From assembly GCA_046754105.1 (NCBI GenBank), contig JBHHVD010000034.1, positions 1-30,871 on the forward strand: a DNA stretch of 30,871 nt. The letters are read 5' to 3'. The notes beneath the pieces were generated by a model that worked only from the letters and a program-made list of their open reading frames with translations, was not told where the DNA came from and made no database searches. How positions within the stretch are numbered: position 1 is the first letter of the stretch; each line of letters starts with the position of its first letter. This document shows, piece by piece, positions 18,062 through 28,320 of the stretch. Origin of the DNA: Candidatus Krumholzibacteriia bacterium (GTDB lineage Bacteria > Krumholzibacteriota > Krumholzibacteriia > WVZY01). Both the position numbers and the translations under genes were made by a program.

Positions 18062-18718
18062 ATGTCCAAGCGCATATCCGGCACGGCCCCTCGCCCATGG
18101 ATAGTGGGCGTCGCCTTGCTCGCATTCGTCACGATTGGAGTCTCCGCGATGATGCTGGAACCAGCGGACGCGAAAGAAGAGAAGAATCCGATCGTCGTTC
18201 TCGAGACGACGTTGGGCGATATCACGCTCGAGCTGAACGCGGAAAAAGCTCCCATCACCGTCGATAATTTCATGTGGTACGTAGACCACAAGTTCTACGA
18301 CGGGTTGATCTTTCACCGGGTCATATCGAATTTCATGATCCAGGGGGGCGGCTTCACCAAGGACCTGGTCAAGAAGAAGGGCAATCCGGCAATCAAGAAT
18401 GAGGCCGATAACGGGCTCAAGAACGTCCGCGGATCCATCGCCATGGCGCGAACTGGTGTCATCAACAGCGCCACTTCGCAGTTTTTTATCAACGTCAAGG
18501 ACAATGGCTCGCTCAATTTCAGGAACAAGACTCCGCAGGGGTACGGCTACGCCGTCTTCGGGATGGTGACCGACGGACTGGACGTCGTCGACGCGATCAA
18601 AGGTGTCCAGACCGTGAGCAAGGGCGGATACAACGACGTGCCGGCAACGGCCGTCGTGATAAAGCGCGCCTATCGGAAAGACGCGAAGGCGGCATCCAGG
18701 AAGGCCAGGAAGGAATAG
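18062..18718 (+). CDS. ppiA: cyclophilin-type peptidyl-prolyl cis-trans isomerase, exported
   Basis: APITVDNF, FYDGLIFHRVISNFMIQGGG, IAMART, SATSQFFIN, GYAVFG. N-terminal signal or anchor segment and GGGAGG RBS. Confidence 0.9.
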   Translation: MSKRISGTAPRPWIVGVALLAFVTIGVSAMMLEPADAKEEKNPIVVLETTLGDITLELNAEKAPITVDNFMWYVDHKFYDGLIFHRVISNFMIQGGGFTKDLVKKKGNPAIKNEADNGLKNVRGSIAMARTGVINSATSQFFINVKDNGSLNFRNKTPQGYGYAVFGMVTDGLDVVDAIKGVQTVSKGGYNDVPATAVVIKRAYRKDAKAASRKARKE

Positions 18719-18751
18719 CATTACACGGGTGAATGGCTGCGGCCCATAGCG

Positions 18752-20767
<2,016 letters not shown>

Positions 20768-21046
20768 TCATCTCCCCTGACGGCGCGGTGCGTACTACCC
20801 GAATGGTATCAGAACCGGGTGTCGTTGTGTAGCAGTGATTGCAAGCTAATTCGCTGCCAGTACATGAGTTAGTGCCAAGCCCCCGAGCGCGCAGCGACGG
20901 CCTTCACGGCTGCTCCCCGGCGGTCCCGCCGCGGTCGCGGATTGTCGCTTGAAAAATGGCAGGGAATCTGATACTGACAACACATACCAAGAGCCCGCGT
21001 CCAAATCTTGGCTGACAAGTTTCCACCTCACTGAAGCGGACACACC

Positions 21047-23050
21047 ATGTGCGACGACAGGATGTCCCGCGTGCTGAGACCGTCGCACGATCCACTGCGC
21101 GGCGAGTTGGAGAGACTGGGGCCCAAGGGGCGCGACGTACTGGTTCTGGGCCTCGACTCTCCGGGCTTCGGCGATCTCAGCACGAACCACAAGATATTCG
21201 CCTACTACATGTACCGGGCGGCCATCGCCGGCGACGCCATCATGTACATGCAAAGCCACCGGCACGCGCTCGAGATCAAACACCTGCTGGAGTCGATCTA
21301 CACGCACTCCGACGGGATGAAGCCCGGCCTGAAGACGGCGGTTCACGACTACCTGAAACTCATCTGGGTCCATCACGGCAACTATTACCACTCCACACGC
21401 ACCAAGTTCGTTCCCCACGGTCTGACCGCCAGGGGCCTCGAGCAGGCGTGCGACGCCGCCCTGCGCAACGGCGCGGCCCTGACCGGGAGCGGCGAGTCCC
21501 CGCCAGCAAAGCTCGAGCGCCTGCGCCGGACTATTTTTGACCGCGAATACGAGCCTATACAGTCGAACACCGCTCCGGGCGTCGATGCCGTCGCCGCCAG
21601 CGCCGTGAACTTCTGGGACAGGGGCGTTACGCAGGCGGAGATAGAGGCGCTGCCGCCCGAGTGGCGCAACAAGATCAACGTTCGCTTCGCCAGACGGGAC
21701 GGTCACGTAGTGCCCGAGCCGTACAAGATCGGCGGCCTCTACAGCCGCGAGTTGGAGACGATCAGTCATTTTCTTAGACTGGCGCTCCCCTTCGCGGAAA
21801 CGCCGGAGCAGAAAGCCTCAATCGAGCTGTTGCTGGAGTTTTACCAAACGGGCGACGAGGACACCTTTCGCGAACACTGCGTTCAGTGGCTCAAGTCCGA
21901 CACGATCGTCGACTATCTCAACGGTTTTATCGAGCACTACATCGACCCTCGTGGCATCATCGGCAGCTTCGAAGGGAACGTCAGCTACACGGCGGAGGAG
22001 ACGGTCGCCGACGGCATCGCCGACAACGCGCTTTACTTCGAGCAGAGAATGCCGTGGCCCGACCAGTACAAACGAAGCCGTATCGACAAACCCGTCGCCA
22101 AGGTCGTCAACGTGCTCGTGGAAACCGGGGATGCGGGACCGGTGTCACCCGCCGCGTACAACCTCCCCAACTACAATGACATTCGCCGCGATCACGGCAG
22201 CAAGAACGTCATGTTTCTCAACGTGGAGAACACGAGTTCGCCCGAGCTACTCGAGAAACTCGTCGACGAGTTCTATCTGCCCGAGTATCGGGAAAACGTT
22301 CTTAAATATGCTCAGAGCAAGGTCCGCCCGCTCGAAGTGTATATGCATGAAATCATCGGCCACGGGTCGGGACAGCCCGACCCCGACCTGGAGGTCGATC
22401 CACGCGCGGCGCTGGGGCGAATCTACTCGCCGCTCGAGGAATGCCGGGCCGACCTGGCAGCGCTGTATCACATGTCCGATCCGAAGCTGATCGAAATCGG
22501 TGCCCTCACGGAGGACGAGCAGGCGGAGATCGTGGAGACGGCCTACATCACCTATACGCAGGGATGGCTGACGCGAGTGGACCGGGTAGACGGGCTGGAG
22601 GTACGGGAGGCACACAACAAGGGGCACCACTTGATCCTCATGTACCTGCTCGAGAACGGGGGCGATCCGAACAAGGATTTCGGGCTCGAGATCATAAAGA
22701 GGGGCAAGGACTTTTTTGTGAGGCTGCGGGACGCGGCAAAGGTGCGCGAGGGACTGCGAGAGCTACTCTACAAGCTCCAGGTGATGAAATCCACCGGTGA
22801 CGCCCGGGCAGCCTCGGCGCTCTTCGACGGGTTCGCGCGCCGCGTCCATCCCGAGTGGAAAGAAAACATGGTGGAACGTCTCAAGCGGCTCAACATTCCA
22901 CGTCTGAAAGCGTTCGTCTTTTCCCACCTGACTCCCCGGATCGAAGCCGGCAAGGTCGTCGACGTTCGCATCGCGCACGACGAGGACCTGACGGCCCAAC
23001 AGCTCCGCTTCAGCCGTCTGCACAACGTGACCGATATCGCCGCCGATTGA
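21047..23050 (+). CDS. dipeptidyl peptidase III (peptidase M49)
   Basis: HEIIGHGSG (HExxGH zinc motif), EECRAD, GFIEHYIDPRG, NLPNY..IR...GSKNV, EAH. The start could be 21047 or 21062. Confidence 0.88.
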   Translation: MCDDRMSRVLRPSHDPLRGELERLGPKGRDVLVLGLDSPGFGDLSTNHKIFAYYMYRAAIAGDAIMYMQSHRHALEIKHLLESIYTHSDGMKPGLKTAVHDYLKLIWVHHGNYYHSTRTKFVPHGLTARGLEQACDAALRNGAALTGSGESPPAKLERLRRTIFDREYEPIQSNTAPGVDAVAASAVNFWDRGVTQAEIEALPPEWRNKINVRFARRDGHVVPEPYKIGGLYSRELETISHFLRLALPFAETPEQKASIELLLEFYQTGDEDTFREHCVQWLKSDTIVDYLNGFIEHYIDPRGIIGSFEGNVSYTAEETVADGIADNALYFEQRMPWPDQYKRSRIDKPVAKVVNVLVETGDAGPVSPAAYNLPNYNDIRRDHGSKNVMFLNVENTSSPELLEKLVDEFYLPEYRENVLKYAQSKVRPLEVYMHEIIGHGSGQPDPDLEVDPRAALGRIYSPLEECRADLAALYHMSDPKLIEIGALTEDEQAEIVETAYITYTQGWLTRVDRVDGLEVREAHNKGHHLILMYLLENGGDPNKDFGLEIIKRGKDFFVRLRDAAKVREGLRELLYKLQVMKSTGDARAASALFDGFARRVHPEWKENMVERLKRLNIPRLKAFVFSHLTPRIEAGKVVDVRIAHDEDLTAQQLRFSRLHNVTDIAAD

Positions 23051-23066
23051 GGCCGCGGTCGAAGCT

Positions 23067-23693
23067 CTACTTTTCGGCGCCGCCGAGGTATTCACGGAGT
23101 CTCTTCAGATGCTCCCACGCGTCTTTCTTGCGGCGGGGGTCCCGCAGCAGGAAAGCCGGGTTGAACATCGCCATGAACTGTACCCGCGGGAAGCGCGGCA
23201 GGGTGAAAAACCGCCCCGCCTCATCCTCCATCTTGATATCGGTCCTCGCGGGGTCGACCCACTTGACGGCGACCGCTCCGAGCAGCAGGACGACTTTCGG
23301 CTTCATGAGCGTGATCTGCTTTTCCATAAATGGAAAACACGCGTCCACCTCGTCGCGGGCCGGCGAACGATCCACCTCGGGCATGCAGCGCACGACGTTC
23401 GTGATCAGAGCGTCGCGGTTCGAGTCGAGGCCGATGGCCTCGAGCATCTTGTCGAGCAGTTCGCCCGCCCTGCCCACGAACGGCCTGCCAACCCGGTCCT
23501 CGTTGATGCCGGGGCGTTCGCTGATAATCATGATACTGGATTCAGGATTGCCGCGATCGATAACGATGTTCGTGCGGCTGTGACATAACGTGCAGCGTTC
23601 GCAATTGTAATCTTGCAGCCGTTCCCTGAACTCTCCGTAGGTGGAAGCGCCCAGGATACGGTTCAGTTCCGCGTCGAACAGGTCGATCTGCAT
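23067..23693 (-). CDS. uracil-DNA glycosylase, family-4-like ([4Fe-4S]), with atypical motifs (208 aa)
   Basis: CERCTLC, ERPGINED...PFVGRAG.LL, ITNVVRC.P, EVDAC, LLGAVA, FNPAFLLR. ATG at 23693 avoids overlap with the divergent gene. Confidence 0.85.
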   Translation of the reverse strand: MQIDLFDAELNRILGASTYGEFRERLQDYNCERCTLCHSRTNIVIDRGNPESSIMIISERPGINEDRVGRPFVGRAGELLDKMLEAIGLDSNRDALITNVVRCMPEVDRSPARDEVDACFPFMEKQITLMKPKVVLLLGAVAVKWVDPARTDIKMEDEAGRFFTLPRFPRVQFMAMFNPAFLLRDPRRKKDAWEHLKRLREYLGGAEK

Positions 23694-23718
23694 GACGGAT
23701 CCCGCGGTTCGAGGACAC

Positions 23719-23747
23719 TTGCATTCTAGCCGGTTTGCCGCTAAGAT
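23719..23747 (+). promoter_or_regulatory. sigma70-type promoter placed for a leaderless transcript
   Basis: TTGCAT (23719-23724), 17-nt spacer, TAAGAT (23742-23747), then ATG 23754 after 6 nt. Confidence 0.55.
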
Positions 23748-23753
23748 CAAGGC

Positions 23754-24395
23754 ATGATCTTCTATCAAATCGACGCGGGAGGTGACCGGAACTTCGCCTA
23801 CCTGGTGGCTGACAAGGAAGGCGGGGATGCGGCGCTCTTCGACCCGCCGCCGGATGCCGAGCGGTACATCCACCTGATCCCGAGGCACGGTTTACAAGTC
23901 CTCTACGTCATCATTACGCACGGTCACGCGGACCACACGTGGGGGGTCGACCAGGCCAGGGAGCGCGCCGGCGGCCAGGTCGTTGCCCACGCCGATAACC
24001 CCGTGGCGGCCGATCTTCGCGTCGGGGACGGCGACACGCTGGCGTTGGGTTCCGTGACCCTCAAGATTCTCTACACACCGGGCCACTCGGATGATTCCAT
24101 CTGTATCCTGGCCGAGAACAAGCTCATCACCGGTGACATCCTCTTTGTCGGCAAGGTAGGCGGCACCGACCTGGGGGAGAATGCACGCAAGGAGTACGAC
24201 AGCCTGCATGAGAAGATCATGACGCTCGAGGACGACGTCGAGGTCTACCCCGGCCACGACTTCGGAGTCAAACCATCCTCTACCATCCGCACCGAGCGCG
24301 AGACGAACCCGTTCCTGCTACGGGATACGTTCGAGGGATTCGTCGACCTCAAGAAGAACTGGCTCCAGTACAAGAAAGAGCACGGGATCGCCTGA
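23754..24395 (+). CDS. MBL-fold metallo-hydrolase (glyoxalase II / ETHE1-like)
   Basis: THGHADH, TPGHS, TGDILF, YPGHDF, STI..E..TNPFL. Confidence 0.9.
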   Translation: MIFYQIDAGGDRNFAYLVADKEGGDAALFDPPPDAERYIHLIPRHGLQVLYVIITHGHADHTWGVDQARERAGGQVVAHADNPVAADLRVGDGDTLALGSVTLKILYTPGHSDDSICILAENKLITGDILFVGKVGGTDLGENARKEYDSLHEKIMTLEDDVEVYPGHDFGVKPSSTIRTERETNPFLLRDTFEGFVDLKKNWLQYKKEHGIA

Positions 24396-24471
24396 CTGGC
24401 GGTCGGTCCCCGGACTCGGCGCAGGACATTTTCATGCGACGACCTCTGATCCACACTCCCCCGCGCCGGGG

Positions 24472-24488
24472 CGGCATGCAAATTGCAT
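24472..24488 (+). promoter_or_regulatory. candidate sigma54 (-24/-12) promoter
   Basis: cGGCATGcaaaTTGCAt: GG (24473-24474), N10, GC (24485-24486). Close to the consensus TGGCACG-N4-TTGCW and about 65 nt upstream of ATG 24552. Confidence 0.55.
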
Positions 24489-24551
24489 TTTCAGCTCTTT
24501 GTAATTTGCATCTCTAATTTCCCCAACTCTTTAGCCCACACGGGGTCTGCG

Positions 24552-26198
24552 ATGAGCGACCATATTTCCACCGGTTCGGCAAGAATCCGGGCACTCAAGA
24601 CATCGATCGTCTCGTTTCTCACGAATACGGATGAGCAGCGCATTTCCGTCGGCCAGGTAGAGCAGGGGGCGGACCTTCTCGTCGAGGCGTTTCAGGACGT
24701 CCTCAACCGGGGATCCAAGCAGCTGGTGCGCGGCCCGGGAAGCCATACCACGGAGACGATGGAAGCGATCGAGACGGCGTACGGAGACTGGCGCGAGGTG
24801 GACGAGGCTTTCACCGACACCCTGGGCCAGGCGTACGGCGGCTACATTCCGCGCGAAAACCTCATGGTCGACGCCGTGTACTCCGACCTCCGGCAGCGGA
24901 TCGGCGAGCCGGTAGCCGCGCTCTACGCCCGCCTGCGGGCGTCGTGGGAAGAGCACCTCGAGGAGGCGCCGTGGGACGCGTTTCTCGTCGACCAGGCCGA
25001 GGACACCAACGCTCTCGACCTGAAGGGTAATCTGCAATCCCTCGTCCACGGCGACCATCTCGACATCGAGGACGCCGTCGAGGGCTTGACCGGTCCATTG
25101 CGGTACACGTTCGCGAGCTATCTCGAGAGAAGCACCGATTCCATCGCCTCGCTGGAAGAGAGCCTGTGGCTCCGCCCCGAAATCGTGGTGATCAACGATT
25201 ATTGGCGGCGTAACTCGCAGTTGCGGATTCTCGATATCCTGAGCAGGAAGTGCTCGCGTTTCTCCGGCGCCTTTGCGCGGGTCCAGGACTTCTTCTCGCC
25301 GGAGGCAATCAACGGCGACGCCCACGTCTCCGACCGCATTGTCGACGAGGTAGGCCGCATCCGTCCCGAGCAAAAAGACTCGTACTACCGCTGCCTCATC
25401 CTGCACCCGGACCAAGAAATCAGGCGTTTCGCGGTCAACAACGTAGATGTCGAAAGCTTTTGGAAGGTGGTGACACCCCAGGCCGTCCCCTGCTCGACCA
25501 TTCTCAGCATGCTCGAGAAAGTCGCGGGCTCACAAAACTACGACGAAAACTTTCAGAAGGTGTTCTTCCAGACCGTACACCGCAGACTGCTGTCGCTGAC
25601 TTCCCGATCCGAAGTCATATACGCGAGGGGCATTATCCGCATCTTCTCGCGCTTGCCCTTCTTCATGGAGGACGAGTATTTCGAGAAGATGCGGACCCTC
25701 ATCGACTACGTCGTGGCCAAGGAGAGGATTTACAAACTCGAGGACGGGCTGCTCGACAGGTACGTCGAGCACATGGAAGGCGAGAAGGACAAGATCGGCA
25801 CGCTCAGAGCGCAAACGCCCAGTCTGACCTCGATACCGCCCGTCGTCTTGAGAAAGCTCGCCCGCGACGGCCACTACTGGTACGAGTTGTCCATGCATCC
25901 GATGTTCAAGATTGCCCGCGAGACGATACGCCACATCAACTCACAGGCGCGCGCCTTACGGATCGCCAATAATCATTCGGTCAACCAGGACGTCCTGCGT
26001 ACGATCGGCAGGAACCGGTCACTCTACAACACGCTCCCCGCGAAGATGGCGCTACTCGGCAACCCGCGTACGCCGCCTCCCGTGTCGCTAGCCTACCTCA
26101 TGGACCTGGGCCGGGGCGACGTCGAGCATCTCCTGCGCAAAAGCACGGTGCATCCGGAAACTCGAACGCACCTGCAGCGACGCCTGAACCCGAGGTAG
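24552..26198 (+). CDS. hypothetical, probably alpha-helical protein with C-terminal LRV/HEAT-like repeats (548 aa)
   Basis: Long ORF with host-like codon usage. The C-terminal segments LRKLARD, IANNHSV, LLGNPRTP resemble leucine-rich-variant repeats. Function unknown. Confidence 0.75.
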   Translation: MSDHISTGSARIRALKTSIVSFLTNTDEQRISVGQVEQGADLLVEAFQDVLNRGSKQLVRGPGSHTTETMEAIETAYGDWREVDEAFTDTLGQAYGGYIPRENLMVDAVYSDLRQRIGEPVAALYARLRASWEEHLEEAPWDAFLVDQAEDTNALDLKGNLQSLVHGDHLDIEDAVEGLTGPLRYTFASYLERSTDSIASLEESLWLRPEIVVINDYWRRNSQLRILDILSRKCSRFSGAFARVQDFFSPEAINGDAHVSDRIVDEVGRIRPEQKDSYYRCLILHPDQEIRRFAVNNVDVESFWKVVTPQAVPCSTILSMLEKVAGSQNYDENFQKVFFQTVHRRLLSLTSRSEVIYARGIIRIFSRLPFFMEDEYFEKMRTLIDYVVAKERIYKLEDGLLDRYVEHMEGEKDKIGTLRAQTPSLTSIPPVVLRKLARDGHYWYELSMHPMFKIARETIRHINSQARALRIANNHSVNQDVLRTIGRNRSLYNTLPAKMALLGNPRTPPPVSLAYLMDLGRGDVEHLLRKSTVHPETRTHLQRRLNPR

Positions 26199-26287
26199 CC
26201 CGCCGCCACTCTAAAAAGCTTCTTGCCCCGGCACGGTGCCTTGGACTAGGCTCTACGTCCAAACCGGTCGAGGTAAAGGAGTCGTTG

Positions 26288-27739
26288 TTGCCATCAAAGA
26301 GACCACCGCCGCGTAGCGTAGCCGCTTTTCTCCCCCTTTGCTTTCTCGTGGCGTTATTGCTTGAGTGGAGTCCTGCGCACGCCTCCGAAGCCACCGGCGC
26401 GGGCGAACATCTGGGCTCGGTCCTGCCGGTGTGGTCGGTGGTGCCGTTTATCGGCATCCTGCTTTCGATAGCGCTGTTCCCGCTCTTCGCTCCCCACTGG
26501 TGGCATCGGAATTTTGCGAAGGTGTCGGCGTTTTGGGCGATTCTTTTTGCCGCGCCGTTTGTCGTAATCCACCGAGGCGCTGCGACCAACGAGATCCTGC
26601 ACACGTACATGCTCGAGTACGTACCGTTTATCATTCTTCTGTGGGCGCTCTTTACAATATCCGGAGGAATCCTCGTCCGCGGCACGCTTCGCGGCACACC
26701 GGGGTTGAACGTGACGTTACTTCTCGTGGGCACCATTATCGCCTCGTGGGTGGGCACAACCGGGGCGTCCATGATTCTCATTCGTCCGCTGCTGCGGGCG
26801 AACGAGTGGCGCCGTCACAAGGTGCACACGCTGGTCTTCTTCATCTTTCTCGTGAGCAACATTGGAGGATCGTTGACACCTCTGGGCGACCCTCCCCTGT
26901 TTCTGGGTTTTTTGCATGGGGTGCCATTTTTCTGGACCATGCATCTCCTGCCCGCCCTGACGTTCTTATCGATACCGCTACTGGCCCTGTACTACTTCAT
27001 CGACCGGCGTTACTACGGCAAGGAAGAGGAGCCGGAGCACGGCGAAAAAGTGCCGCTCCGTGTCGATGGTCTGCACAATGTCGCTTTGTTGCTCGGTGTC
27101 GTCGTTGCGGTGCTGCTGAGTGGGGTGTGGCACCCCGGGAACGCCGATATACTAGGCGTTCATGTCGGCATAGGTGGGATGGTCCGTGATGGACTCCTGC
27201 TCGTGCTGGGTATCGTCTCATGGACGGTAACGAAAAGCGATATCCACGAGGCCAACGGGTTCTCGTGGTTTCCGATAAAGGAAGTGGCCTTTTTGTTCGC
27301 GGGCATCTTCATGACTATCATTCCGGCGATCGCCATTTTGAAAGCGGGCGAAGACGGCGGATTTGCGTTCATCATCAGGGCGCTGGAGACGCCACGGCAT
27401 TACTTCTGGGTGACGGGGACACTTTCAAGCTTTCTCGACAACGCGCCGTCTTACCTGACGCTGTTCAATTCATCGCTCGGCAAGTTCTTCACGGGCGTCC
27501 CCGTGCATGAGAGCGTGCATATGCTGATCGAACAACGCGAACAGTTTCTCGGCGCCATATCGACGGGCGCGGTTTTCTTTGGAGCGTTGACCTACATCGG
27601 CAACGCTCCCAATTTCATGGTAAAGAGCATCGCGGAGGAGGCAGGGGTCAAGATGCCGAGCTTTTTCGGGTACATGCTCAGGTATTCGATACCGGTCTTG
27701 ATCCCGCTCTTCTTTTTGCTAACCTTGGTGCTCTTCTAG
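26288..27739 (+). CDS. sodium:proton antiporter / citrate-transporter-like membrane protein (ion transporter superfamily)
   Basis: Many transmembrane segments. GTTGASM, SNIGGSLTPLGDPPLFLG, LSSFLDNAPSY, TYIGNAPNFMVK. AAAGGAG RBS 6 nt before TTG 26288 (26285 is an alternative start). Confidence 0.85.
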   Translation: MPSKRPPPRSVAAFLPLCFLVALLLEWSPAHASEATGAGEHLGSVLPVWSVVPFIGILLSIALFPLFAPHWWHRNFAKVSAFWAILFAAPFVVIHRGAATNEILHTYMLEYVPFIILLWALFTISGGILVRGTLRGTPGLNVTLLLVGTIIASWVGTTGASMILIRPLLRANEWRRHKVHTLVFFIFLVSNIGGSLTPLGDPPLFLGFLHGVPFFWTMHLLPALTFLSIPLLALYYFIDRRYYGKEEEPEHGEKVPLRVDGLHNVALLLGVVVAVLLSGVWHPGNADILGVHVGIGGMVRDGLLLVLGIVSWTVTKSDIHEANGFSWFPIKEVAFLFAGIFMTIIPAIAILKAGEDGGFAFIIRALETPRHYFWVTGTLSSFLDNAPSYLTLFNSSLGKFFTGVPVHESVHMLIEQREQFLGAISTGAVFFGALTYIGNAPNFMVKSIAEEAGVKMPSFFGYMLRYSIPVLIPLFFLLTLVLF

Positions 27740-27760
27740 GGTGCAATCGGGGAGGCCGTC

Positions 27761-28318
27761 ATGCCATCCGGGTATCACGAACTGATCGTCAAGGGAGACG
27801 AAAAACTACTAAGAGGTTTTCTTTGGGGCTACAAATCCACCAGGAGGGTGAAGAGCGGCCTGTTGCTCTGCGATGACTATCCCATCGATACCCATCATCT
27901 TCGCGAGCTCCTGCGGCTGCAGACGGGCCGCGAGCATTTGATATGCACCGAGGCTCACCACAAGACGCTGGTCGCCGCGATCAACCGTGCTGCGGAGCTC
28001 GGCTTCGAAATCATCTCGGACGAGCCCATCGTAAGGAGCTATTTCGAGTTCAAGTTCGATACTTTCAGCGAGAAGGTGGCGCGCAGCCTGAAGCGGATCG
28101 TTCGCCGGTTGCCGAAGGACCTTGGCCTTTCCGGTTTTGACGAGAAGGAAGACCGGGTGCCCGGCGCCGTTGGGGTGGAGATGTACGCGCCGGCCCACGA
28201 CTATCATTACTACGGAGGCGGCACGGCGGAGGGCGGCATTGAAAAGCTGTTGTCACTCCACAAAAAATTCTCCGATCACGAGTTCGTCGACGCCAAAGAC
28301 ATCCACGTCGAACATTAG
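27761..28318 (+). CDS. hypothetical protein (185 aa)
   Basis: GGGGAGG RBS, 21 nt after the antiporter stop, normal codon usage and a globular-protein composition. Confidence 0.75.
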   Translation: MPSGYHELIVKGDEKLLRGFLWGYKSTRRVKSGLLLCDDYPIDTHHLRELLRLQTGREHLICTEAHHKTLVAAINRAAELGFEIISDEPIVRSYFEFKFDTFSEKVARSLKRIVRRLPKDLGLSGFDEKEDRVPGAVGVEMYAPAHDYHYYGGGTAEGGIEKLLSLHKKFSDHEFVDAKDIHVEH

Positions 28319-28320
28319 CC

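Noticed and set aside
26229..26245. Second sigma54-like element (CGGCACGGTGCCTTGGA) upstream of the antiporter
   Set aside because: Spacing is off by one and the -12 GC is missing. It is better explained as a short GGCAC/GTGCC palindrome.
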